From: a virus
Taxonomy: Duplodnaviria; Caudoviricetes
Direction: 5' to 3' (one strand)
Length of the DNA: 64,000 nucleotides
IMG/VR virus record: IMGVR_UViG_3300014826_000002
Span: 25,182 to 89,181 of that record
Below are positions 30,286-38,514 of this stretch, piece by piece. Within the stretch, counting starts at the first letter, position 1. Every line of letters begins with the position of its first letter. The notes beneath the pieces were generated by a model, which was not told the origin of the DNA, ran no database searches, and saw only the letters and a list, made by a program, of their open reading frames with translations. A program made the position numbers and the translations under genes.

Positions 30286-31074
30286 TTACTTGCTGAGATT
30301 CTTGTACCTCTCATAACCTTCAAGGACTTCTTCCAGTTTAGGTTTACGACCACAGCACTGGTGTTCAGTGCAAAAGCCGTGGACTTCGCAAGAAGGAACA
30401 AGCAATGATGCCAACCTTTCATCAAATGCTTTTACTTCTTTCTTTATCTCTTGGAATAGCTGCCTTATTTCAGTTTGAGCTCTTGAACAAAGACGAAGGT
30501 TGGATATGTGCATGAGCTCTCTCAAGTTTATTGACATTGTAATATTTGTTTTTGTTGCATTAGGAAGAATTGCTCTAGCATCTTCTGGTGCCGTACCTTC
30601 TTCTTCGATAAGTCTTCTATATTCTATAAGACAATCTAATTCTGCATATTTTAAACCAGACATTCCATCTTGATTCGGAACAAAATATTTCTCTACAATC
30701 CCAGCAGTTTTAGCTGCACCACCGTGTTCTCTTATATCTCTGAGCTCTTGTAATGACTCTTTTATTTCCACATATCTTTGAGATTGTTGAGAGAATACAA
30801 TACCTGCTCTATGTCTTACTAACTGATGTGAACATGCTCTACTTATTCCTTCAATTGCAAATGTGAAAGAGATATTTTCTGCAACTGATTGATGCCCGCT
30901 ATCTAATACTCTTTTAACAAGGTTCCAATGTTTTTCTTTTTGCTCTTGCTTATCTGTAATTAATTCAATATCATCCCACATTTCCACAGGAGACTTCGCA
31001 GAATAACATGTTCTTGCTGCTGTCCACATTACATCTATTAGATTTTGTGTTACTTGTATTAATTTAACCTTCAT
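30286..31074 (-). CDS. thyX: FAD-dependent thymidylate synthase
   Basis: GHQSVAE, ISRACSHQLVRHR, SQQSQRY, EDARAILP, LRLCSRAQTEIR. Confidence 0.97.
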   Translation of the reverse strand: MKVKLIQVTQNLIDVMWTAARTCYSAKSPVEMWDDIELITDKQEQKEKHWNLVKRVLDSGHQSVAENISFTFAIEGISRACSHQLVRHRAGIVFSQQSQRYVEIKESLQELRDIREHGGAAKTAGIVEKYFVPNQDGMSGLKYAELDCLIEYRRLIEEEGTAPEDARAILPNATKTNITMSINLRELMHISNLRLCSRAQTEIRQLFQEIKKEVKAFDERLASLLVPSCEVHGFCTEHQCCGRKPKLEEVLEGYERYKNLSK

Positions 31075-31502
31075 TATTTTACTTCCTCGTTATCGGGATA
31101 TGTGGAAATACCAATAATATTAGGTAATTGTTTATACTTAATGCCGCATTTAGTGCAAGTAACTTCATTTTCTCTATCTAGGTCAGCTACTAGTATTTCA
31201 GTTCTTTCCTTACACTTAGGACACTGAATAGCATAGCCTTTTAACAAACCTTTGAATAAGATAGCTTTTAAGATAGAGTAATTTTGGTCACTCGCTACTG
31301 ACTTCTTAAGGATATCACGTACTACTTTAACTGGGAAGTGCACTTTAGAGTCCATTTCAGCACATTTCGCGTCATCCCATGAAATAACATCACTTATTTG
31401 AAATTGTGCTTCCGCTAATTTTGTTTCTTCTACTTTAGCCTTTTTTGTAGTTCTTGGTTTTCTTGTGGCTTTCTTTTCTTCTTTAATTTTAGTATCTGCC
31501 AT
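31074..31502 (-). CDS. Hypothetical protein with Lys-rich N-terminus and zinc ribbon
   Basis: CPKC...CTKC. Confidence 0.65.
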   Translation of the reverse strand: MADTKIKEEKKATRKPRTTKKAKVEETKLAEAQFQISDVISWDDAKCAEMDSKVHFPVKVVRDILKKSVASDQNYSILKAILFKGLLKGYAIQCPKCKERTEILVADLDRENEVTCTKCGIKYKQLPNIIGISTYPDNEEVK

Positions 31503-31556
31503 ATTACTTTCTCCTTATATATTACAGTGTATCATAAATTCTTCATTTTGTAAAAT

Positions 31557-32228
31557 CTAGTTGAACCATTTGAGTTCTGTATGTCCCTTATACCCTTTCT
31601 GCCATACGAACCATGCATAGCAAACTGCTGATGACTCCTTTATCATAATGGGGCTCCCGTCATTATTGTAAACAATATTTCCAGCTTTATCCTTTTTAGG
31701 TTTATAGAATTTTCCATTCTTCGCACAAGGTATTCTGGATGAACTTACCCATACCCTGAGAGGAGGATATTCTTTGAAGAACTTTCTTCTTTCTTTACCT
31801 TCTAAAAAAGTTAACTTCATGAATAAGACAGAATATCTGCCTTCTTTTATTACGTCTAACTGGTGTTTAGCCCAAGAATACCCTGTTGCAAACGGTGGGT
31901 TAGTAACTATATCACCTTTCCATACTTTATTCATCTGTAAAAAGTCTTTCCCAAAAGATTGTGGGATACCATCAGGATGATAGCCTCTATCTATTAAGTC
32001 GCTAACAGCTCCAAGCTTCCCCGCTTCATTAAATACTTTAGCTAAATCACCTTCGCCAACAGCACACTCCCATATATTATCCAATTGTGGTTCTAGCTTG
32101 AGAAGCCACTCCGCAGCTATTGAATCAGTTGCATAAAAATCGTTCTCTTCTCTCTCTTCCTTAGCATGTCCTGTAGCTCCGTTACATACAAAAACTGCAG
32201 CCTTATTACCTATATAATCTTTCCTCAT
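31557..32228 (-). CDS. Orphan N6-adenine DNA methyltransferase (phage type)
   Basis: FYATD, WECAVGEG, TNPPF, FLEGKER. Confidence 0.88.
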   Translation of the reverse strand: MRKDYIGNKAAVFVCNGATGHAKEEREENDFYATDSIAAEWLLKLEPQLDNIWECAVGEGDLAKVFNEAGKLGAVSDLIDRGYHPDGIPQSFGKDFLQMNKVWKGDIVTNPPFATGYSWAKHQLDVIKEGRYSVLFMKLTFLEGKERRKFFKEYPPLRVWVSSSRIPCAKNGKFYKPKKDKAGNIVYNNDGSPIMIKESSAVCYAWFVWQKGYKGHTELKWFN

Positions 32229-32233
32229 ATAAA

Positions 32234-32461
32234 TTACCTATTATTCTTTGATTTCAACCAAGTTTCTTCATACTGTACATCTCTAGTAAGTTCTTGTTTC
32301 CCAGTTTCTTTCTTAACTTCTCGTTCATTATTTTTCATTGTATCATTAGAAGTATCCTTCTTAACTTCAGTACTCTTAGCTTCTTTCTTAAAGTCTAATT
32401 CTACTTTCTTTGGTAACTTTCCAACAAAAGATAACGAGTTACTTATTGGTAATATTCTCAT
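32234..32461 (-). CDS. Small charged hypothetical protein
   Basis: 75-aa ORF with RBS. Confidence 0.5.
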   Translation of the reverse strand: MRILPISNSLSFVGKLPKKVELDFKKEAKSTEVKKDTSNDTMKNNEREVKKETGKQELTRDVQYEETWLKSKNNR

Positions 32462-32624
32462 ATTCTCTCCTTCTAAAATAATCTTTAATCTTATTTAAAG
32501 TTTTATTACTTATATTCTTATAATCACTAACATAATTATATAATGAAGATTCTGAAATTCCTATATCTAAAGCAATTTCAAACAAACTCCTATCCTTCTT
32601 CATCTTAAGTATTCTTCTTTTCAT
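32439..32624 (-). CDS. Small XRE/Cro-like HTH protein
   Basis: SLFEIALDIGISESSLYNYV. Confidence 0.7.
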   Translation of the reverse strand: MKRRILKMKKDRSLFEIALDIGISESSLYNYVSDYKNISNKTLNKIKDYFRRREYENITNK

Positions 32625-32805
32625 CTAAGTCTCCGCCACATCTTTGGCACATATTTAATTTCTTACTGCATTCATGACAGAACCTAGGAGTATTTGTATT
32701 ACACCATACATCAATCTTACCACAGAGCTGGCACGTAAAATCTCTAAAGGCTTGCCCTGAAAACATTCCTTTTTCCTCATATTGACATTTCTTACATATA
32801 GCCAA
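32605..32805 (-). CDS. Cys-rich small protein
   Basis: Four CxxC pairs in 66 aa. Confidence 0.7.
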   Translation of the reverse strand: MAICKKCQYEEKGMFSGQAFRDFTCQLCGKIDVWCNTNTPRFCHECSKKLNMCQRCGGDLDEKKNT

Positions 32806-32806
32806 A

Positions 32807-33235
32807 TTACTTATTCTCCATAATTTCTTCTTCTAACTTCTGCTGAGTATATATCTGATATTGTTCTATAGCCACTTTTTGAGCATGCTCAGGGCTAGTT
32901 ACTGACTTAACTTCTATGCCGTCGTAATACTTTCTTATAATTACAGGTTCTGTAAATACTTCTTTTTCTTCATCTTCAAGATATATTTTACCTGCACATT
33001 GATTGAAAGTTGTTGATGTAGCTATGAAGCACGTATAATAAGTTACTACCTTTGTATCTTCAGACATTTCATGTTCGTCTAAGATATACTCGTTCATCCA
33101 GTAGTCGCCGTAAAAGCCATTGACTTCATTCTTAATATCACAGTACCTTTTAGCCTTTTCTTCTGTTGAAAATGCCCCAGCAATTCCTTGATCTGAATAG
33201 GCGCCATATCTTACTACATAAACTTTATTACTCAA
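32807..33235 (-). CDS. Hypothetical phage protein
   Basis: KVYVV.YG.YSD..IAGAFSTEEKA pattern. Confidence 0.7.
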   Translation of the reverse strand: MSNKVYVVRYGAYSDQGIAGAFSTEEKAKRYCDIKNEVNGFYGDYWMNEYILDEHEMSEDTKVVTYYTCFIATSTTFNQCAGKIYLEDEEKEVFTEPVIIRKYYDGIEVKSVTSPEHAQKVAIEQYQIYTQQKLEEEIMENK

Positions 33236-33449
33236 AATCGTACTCCTTTAATTCTTTAGGTTCATTGTACTTCAAATATACATAATAAAGACAATCATAA
33301 CTGGGAGAGCACTCCCAATCATCCGCATCTAATTCACAAAATCTATCTATAAGAATTTTAGAAACAGTCTTATAATCTTCGGGTCTTATGTAAGGTCGTA
33401 ACTGTTTCCACAATGTTTCTGCTAAATATGAACCGCTTGCCCAGCCCAT
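33228..33449 (-). CDS. Hypothetical protein
   Basis: MGWASGSYLAE; overlaps both neighbours. Confidence 0.65.
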   Translation of the reverse strand: MGWASGSYLAETLWKQLRPYIRPEDYKTVSKILIDRFCELDADDWECSPSYDCLYYVYLKYNEPKELKEYDFE

Positions 33450-34072
33450 TAGTTCTCTCCTTTCAATAGTTTTGCTCTTTGACTAAAGTCTTCATCTGTT
33501 ATTATACATTCACTCAAAGGTTTATAATTATCATAACATCCGTCTATAGAGCCGACGTAGAAGTAAATAACTTCATCTGAACGTAACCACGGTTTCATTT
33601 TATTTACTTTGTCACAGGTTATCTCAATAGCCGTCCCATTCTGCCACCCGTCTCTAACGGAGTAGATTACCCACTCTGTACCGTCCTTATCAACTATGAC
33701 TTTATTCTTTAACTCTTCGTTGAGAAAATCAATGTGTTTTTCCTTATCTTTAATACAAGAAAGGATTTGTTCTTGCTTTTCTATAAGAGTATTTAAGGTG
33801 AAGTCGTAGGCATGTGTTATATCTTTTCTTTCTTGCTTTATTCTTTTCTTTAAACAAGAAGTACAAGTATGAGATTCTTGTTCCCATTCTTGTTTTTCTT
33901 TCTTTAATTTTTCTATGTCAATCCAACAAGGTTCTGTGTCTTCCCTGTACTCAAAGGAAAAGGTTTTACTTATAGATTTTCCGCATTCAGAACATTTGCT
34001 CTTTGCTTGAATTCTATAAGTCCGAAAATCCCATGATTTTGAAACTACTGTTCTCATTCTATTTACTTTCAC
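33449..34072 (-). CDS. Hypothetical protein with zinc-binding motif
   Basis: CSECG...CTSC. Confidence 0.7.
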   Translation of the reverse strand: MKVNRMRTVVSKSWDFRTYRIQAKSKCSECGKSISKTFSFEYREDTEPCWIDIEKLKKEKQEWEQESHTCTSCLKKRIKQERKDITHAYDFTLNTLIEKQEQILSCIKDKEKHIDFLNEELKNKVIVDKDGTEWVIYSVRDGWQNGTAIEITCDKVNKMKPWLRSDEVIYFYVGSIDGCYDNYKPLSECIITDEDFSQRAKLLKGEN

Positions 34073-34220
34073 CTTTCACTTTATAAGCTATAGCATTAGC
34101 AATTCTTTGAGCTTCTTCTTTATCTCTAGGAGTATGATTTCCTATTTTACCGTTCTTCTCGTAAGCGTGCATTAATTCTTGCACTATTTCTTCATGTGAA
34201 GCTGATTTGTCTATTGGCAT
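34059..34220 (-). CDS. Small phage protein (53 aa, not in ORF track)
   Basis: MPIDKSASHEEIVQELMHAYEKNGKIGNHTPRDKEEAQRIANAIAYKVKGESK; AGGAG RBS; coupled to the upstream stop. Confidence 0.65.
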   Translation of the reverse strand: MPIDKSASHEEIVQELMHAYEKNGKIGNHTPRDKEEAQRIANAIAYKVKGESK

Positions 34221-34528
34221 TATTTCTCCTTTCGTTGTACTTCTACTTCTTCATTAAGCCATCTATCAATTTCTTGCTGTCTTTGCTCTACTATGTGTAA
34301 GTAAAGCTGCCGTCTATAGTGATCCTTTGTTTCTGAAGCATCTTGTAGAGCCTGTATGAGTCCTAATCGAGCTTCAATATATGTTAATATATCTTTATAA
34401 TATTCTGATTTTTTAACTTTATAAACAACCCCATGTTTTTTATTTCCTACCGAAGGTCTTTCGGGAACATTCGTAGGAGGTCTATTTGTATTGCATTTTT
34501 CTTGTATCCAGTATTTATCTTCTTCCAT
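34220..34528 (-). CDS. Hypothetical protein, probably leaderless
   Basis: TTGCAT-N17-TAGTAT lies 6 nt upstream of the ATG. Confidence 0.6.
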   Translation of the reverse strand: MEEDKYWIQEKCNTNRPPTNVPERPSVGNKKHGVVYKVKKSEYYKDILTYIEARLGLIQALQDASETKDHYRRQLYLHIVEQRQQEIDRWLNEEVEVQRKEK

Positions 34529-34565
34529 ATTTATATACTACCATATTTTTTAGATTTATGCAAGG

Positions 34566-34745
34566 TTATTCAATTCCAAAATTTGACATGAAATTATCTA
34601 TATCTTCTAAAGCCATCTTTTCAAAGTACATCCAATCTTCTTGCTCTTCCTCAGGTAAATCATGGTCATACACAAAGCCGCGACATCCTTGATCTGAAGC
34701 TTCCCTGAGCCAATATCTTAGTCTTTCTTCAAATTTTGAGTTCAT
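34566..34745 (-). CDS. Small acidic protein (59 aa, not in ORF track)
   Basis: MNSKFEERLRYWLREASDQGCRGFVYDHDLPEEEQEDW...; AAGGAG RBS. Confidence 0.55.
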   Translation of the reverse strand: MNSKFEERLRYWLREASDQGCRGFVYDHDLPEEEQEDWMYFEKMALEDIDNFMSNFGIE

Positions 34746-35136
34746 TTAAAGCTCCTTAATCTTTTAAAAGTACCTTTACTTGTTCTTGCTTTTCTATTAA
34801 ATCTTCAATTTTCACTAAATACCGAATTTCTACTCCTGCAGTCAGTTGTTTACAAAACTCTAAAAGCTCTTTATTTATTTCTATTTGCTTTTTAAGAATA
34901 GTAAATGCAGCCTCTATATTATTCTCGTGTAATTCCAGATTTGACATACTGTTTCTCCTTATGTTAATTCGTCTATTAGATCTTCTAATGGTCCGAATAA
35001 TTTTTGAATTGGTACAAGCCATATAAATGGAAGACAAATTATATAAAGCACCAAAGTTACGAGTAATACTAATATAAGTACAATCAAGTAGGAAAGGTTT
35101 GATGCAACATATTTATACACTTCAAAATCAATCATT

Positions 35137-35973
35137 TTATTTCTCCTTTAACTTATTTATCTTTTCCATATCTTCATCTCGCATGATTCCCCAACATTTC
35201 TCTAAGTACTCATTATAGTGTTCTTCACTTAATCTACACTTATGTTCCGTGTGCACCAAAGGAATTTCAGGATAATAGAAGTAGGTGAAAGGTTCAATCT
35301 TTTCTCTGAACTCTTTTAAATTCTTATACCTTACCTTCTCTTTCCTTACAATCCTGTGAGTTCTTGGGTCTTTTATAGCTATCTCGTCTATATAGTTATC
35401 AAAAAACTGCCGCTTTGATCTCCACAGCTTAGGATATATTAAATGAATTAAGCCATAAAACTGACTCAAACAAGAAGAATAAGGAGTTGCTGTCATAAGG
35501 ATTACTCTATCAAACATTTCCTCAATATGAAAATAGGCGTCATGCTGTACTCCTTCTGGGTTCTGCATTTTATGAGCTTCATCTATAACAAGAGCTACTT
35601 TACAGCCACTATCATAAATCTTCTCAAGCTTCTTTATTATTACAATATCATTTCCCGCTTTCTCAAACATAGAATGCTTGATTACGCATACTTTCTCTTT
35701 CCCTTTAAAAAACTTAACAAAATCTTCCGCGTCTTCAACTACTAATACGTTTAAACCTGCTTTATCCTTAAAGTCCTCTACAAATACAGGAACTGAAGAT
35801 TTCGTACAAGCTATAACTGCCTTATCTATGAGTTTGCGTTTAAAGAAGGCTCTTAATGCAAACATTGCACATATTGTCTTTCCACTTCCTACACGCATAC
35901 AAAAAAGGCACTTCTTAACTCTTAATGCAAATTTAACTGCTTCTTGTTGATAATCTCTAAGAGTTATCTTCAC
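35137..35973 (-). CDS. SNF2-type helicase N-terminal (RecA1, ATPase) domain as a separate gene
   Basis: LRDYQ, RVGSGKT, VIDEAH, LMTATP; ends after the inter-domain linker with no motifs IV-VI. Confidence 0.9.
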   Translation of the reverse strand: MKITLRDYQQEAVKFALRVKKCLFCMRVGSGKTICAMFALRAFFKRKLIDKAVIACTKSSVPVFVEDFKDKAGLNVLVVEDAEDFVKFFKGKEKVCVIKHSMFEKAGNDIVIIKKLEKIYDSGCKVALVIDEAHKMQNPEGVQHDAYFHIEEMFDRVILMTATPYSSCLSQFYGLIHLIYPKLWRSKRQFFDNYIDEIAIKDPRTHRIVRKEKVRYKNLKEFREKIEPFTYFYYPEIPLVHTEHKCRLSEEHYNEYLEKCWGIMRDEDMEKINKLKEK

Positions 35974-36170
35974 TTATCTTCCCTCTTTACTAATTCATAT
36001 CCAAGGTTAACAAGGTCACTTGCGATCTCCTTAATCTTTCTTCTAGTGAGTGCTTGTACATCAGCTGCAATACGGCTTAGGAGATTAAATATCACGGCTC
36101 CTACAATAGCTATATAAGCCAGCATAACTACTATTAAAAATAACAGAAATATTATTAAAAATTTTAGCAT
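35970..36170 (-). CDS. Small membrane protein
   Basis: N-terminal transmembrane-like helix. Confidence 0.55.
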   Translation of the reverse strand: MLKFLIIFLLFLIVVMLAYIAIVGAVIFNLLSRIAADVQALTRRKIKEIASDLVNLGYELVKREDK

Positions 36171-36190
36171 AATAATCTCTCTCCTCTCTC

Positions 36191-37048
36191 CTACAATTTC
36201 TTCATCTTAATATCTTCTACATGATATAAGTCCATTATCTTATAATTTCTTAACCATGTGTCCTTGTGAACTTCAAGCTTTTCTGCTAATGCAGCATTGT
36301 CTGCTCTTAAATCATCAAGGATGTCTTTTATGCGCTGCTCAGTGAGTTCTTCCTCGTCAATCCAGTAGTTCTTTATAATTTCTTGTATCTCTTTATCCTT
36401 AATTCTTGGAAATATAGGAGATAGATTATCTGAAGCATCCCCCTTAAGAACTCTATACTTTAAGATATCTTTCTTATCAGTACTTATTCGAGAAAAATCC
36501 TCTCCCTTGCTATTCTTAAACTTCTGAAATATCTCTTCATCAGTCTTAACAATAAAGTGTCCTTTCTCAAACTTATCTGAAATAAGAACATTTGGATAGG
36601 CCGTTAACTGCAACAAATCTTTATCGCCGCTGTAAATTATAATTTCATAATTATTACTATATCTTTTAACTATATATGCTAGTAACTGGTCAGCTTCATA
36701 GCGTCTCGCTTTTATAAAAGAGAATCTTCTCTTATCCAATTTCTTACTTAGCTTCTTAACGATGTCTGTTAAATAAGCATAAACTTCTTTCTTCTCTTCC
36801 TTATTCCTGTTCTGCTTATAACCTAAAAATAACTGGAAATTATAAAGAGTTGAGGTAGGAGAATCCATAGCCATGAATACGTGAGCTTCTTCATAGGAAT
36901 TACCTAAGATTGTTAAGAACTGTGAAAGCATCTTAAATAAGGTTGCTTCTATATTAAGCTTCTCTTTCTCTTGTGTCTTAGCATATGCAGCTACGTAATA
37001 GTATCTATTATAAAGCCATGAAAAATCTATTAAGATTAATTTCTTCAT
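36191..37048 (-). CDS. 5'-3' exonuclease / T4 RNase H-like flap nuclease
   Basis: LIDFS, YKQNR, YEADQ, SGDKDLLQL, GDASDN. Confidence 0.92.
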   Translation of the reverse strand: MKKLILIDFSWLYNRYYYVAAYAKTQEKEKLNIEATLFKMLSQFLTILGNSYEEAHVFMAMDSPTSTLYNFQLFLGYKQNRNKEEKKEVYAYLTDIVKKLSKKLDKRRFSFIKARRYEADQLLAYIVKRYSNNYEIIIYSGDKDLLQLTAYPNVLISDKFEKGHFIVKTDEEIFQKFKNSKGEDFSRISTDKKDILKYRVLKGDASDNLSPIFPRIKDKEIQEIIKNYWIDEEELTEQRIKDILDDLRADNAALAEKLEVHKDTWLRNYKIMDLYHVEDIKMKKL

Positions 37049-37063
37049 GCTTCAATTATACAT

Positions 37064-37762
37064 CTAAATTTCAAAATCGTCAAATTCTATAAAAGAAGAT
37101 TCTTCAATTAAAGATTTAAGAGATTTCTCATCATCTTCACTTAACTTATACTTAACTTGATTACTCTTCAATGTAGCAGAGCTTTCAAAGGCCTTATTAA
37201 ACGACACTTTTGAAAATGGGCGGTCAGGTTCGGGGAACATTACCTCAGGGGCAGGTAAATTCGATGGATCAGCCATAATAGTGTCCATGTTAATAGAACC
37301 CACTTTCAATCTAAACTTATCATAGTTTATTCTTGCGGATGGTGGTGCTGGGGGGAGTGCTGCTACCACCTTAGCTAGATTAGCGGCTAATCTAGGAAGT
37401 TCTACCATCAACATCTGTATCCATTCAAATACTACAGTTATTGGCTTAAACAATGAAGAAGCAAAAGAACCCAAAGCTCCCAAAGGATCCCTAACAAAGT
37501 CTTTAATAGCTGAAGCCACGCGCATTACTTGCCCAGCAGCTGTGGTCTTATACATTTCATGAAGAGACTTAATAATTCTTTGTCTCACTCTTTCTATAGC
37601 TATATTAGCTTTCCAAGAAAGCCATACACATATTACATCCACTTTCTCTTGTGCTATTCTCTCTCCGCTTCCCACAAAATTATTAAAAGCTGATATCATT
37701 CTTACTGGGAATTGTTCTAACCAATCATTCGCTGTCTTTAAAAATTCAAAAGCTGACGCCAT
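37064..37762 (-). CDS. Hypothetical virion-associated protein
   Basis: Directly downstream of the baseplate spike gene. Confidence 0.65.
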   Translation of the reverse strand: MASAFEFLKTANDWLEQFPVRMISAFNNFVGSGERIAQEKVDVICVWLSWKANIAIERVRQRIIKSLHEMYKTTAAGQVMRVASAIKDFVRDPLGALGSFASSLFKPITVVFEWIQMLMVELPRLAANLAKVVAALPPAPPSARINYDKFRLKVGSINMDTIMADPSNLPAPEVMFPEPDRPFSKVSFNKAFESSATLKSNQVKYKLSEDDEKSLKSLIEESSFIEFDDFEI

Positions 37763-37774
37763 ATTCTTTCTCCC

Positions 37775-38506
37775 TTACTGAATTGCCACTATTATCCCAT
37801 TCTTGACTGTTATAAAGTTACCCATAGCCATAAAGGTGCCACTTACGCCGTCCTTACAACTAAAGTCTCCGTTCACAGCTAAGTCTCCTTGCACATTGAC
37901 TTGTCCTGCTTTAACATTAACTTCGTTATTAGCTTCTACGTTAAGTGAACCATCGGCTGTACCATTTACGTCAAGTGTACCTATATTAAGCTCAAAGTTA
38001 TTACTATTATCTAATATAAAGAAGGCACCACCAGCCAAACCTACCTTTATAGACCCGTCGGGAGCCACCTGTACATTAGTAGATGAAGCATGTTGAAATT
38101 GGGCTGTACCCCTCTCCTTATTTATCTTCATAAAGTTACCTATAGAATCTTTATAACCGTAGGTATGCGGGTAATCGTCATCAAAGAAAGTCGTCCTATT
38201 AGTAGCATTAAGCTCTGCACCTGTATAATAAGGGGCTGTAAAATCCCTACTAGGAAACCTTACCCTAACCTGACTTCCTATTTCAGGGACATTTAAGCCT
38301 CCATAGTTAGCACTATTGCCATGAGAGCCCAACTCTGGATAAGCCCACGGAAGAGCTTCTGTTGAAAGTTCTGAGTAAGGAGCTACTCTAACTTTAACTC
38401 TTCCCAACTTCTCTGGGTCGTTGTTATCCTCCACACATCCTAAATAGGACATTGCTGTAGGATCAACTTGTTCCTTTAATAATATCGAAAAAGGTCTTAT
38501 TAACAT
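37775..38506 (-). CDS. Baseplate central spike, gp5/VgrG-like OB-fold protein
   Basis: GCVEDNNDPEKLGRVKVRV...LPWA...PEIGSQVRV.F, followed by beta-helix-like repeats. Confidence 0.88.
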   Translation of the reverse strand: MLIRPFSILLKEQVDPTAMSYLGCVEDNNDPEKLGRVKVRVAPYSELSTEALPWAYPELGSHGNSANYGGLNVPEIGSQVRVRFPSRDFTAPYYTGAELNATNRTTFFDDDYPHTYGYKDSIGNFMKINKERGTAQFQHASSTNVQVAPDGSIKVGLAGGAFFILDNSNNFELNIGTLDVNGTADGSLNVEANNEVNVKAGQVNVQGDLAVNGDFSCKDGVSGTFMAMGNFITVKNGIIVAIQ

Positions 38507-38514
38507 TTATATCT

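Noticed and set aside
25881-35137. Excisable element that restores the helicase by site-specific recombination
   Set aside because: No recombinase in the interval, no convincing attL/attR repeat beyond a GGGG, and the interval carries core-type genes such as thyX; retained only as an alternative to test.
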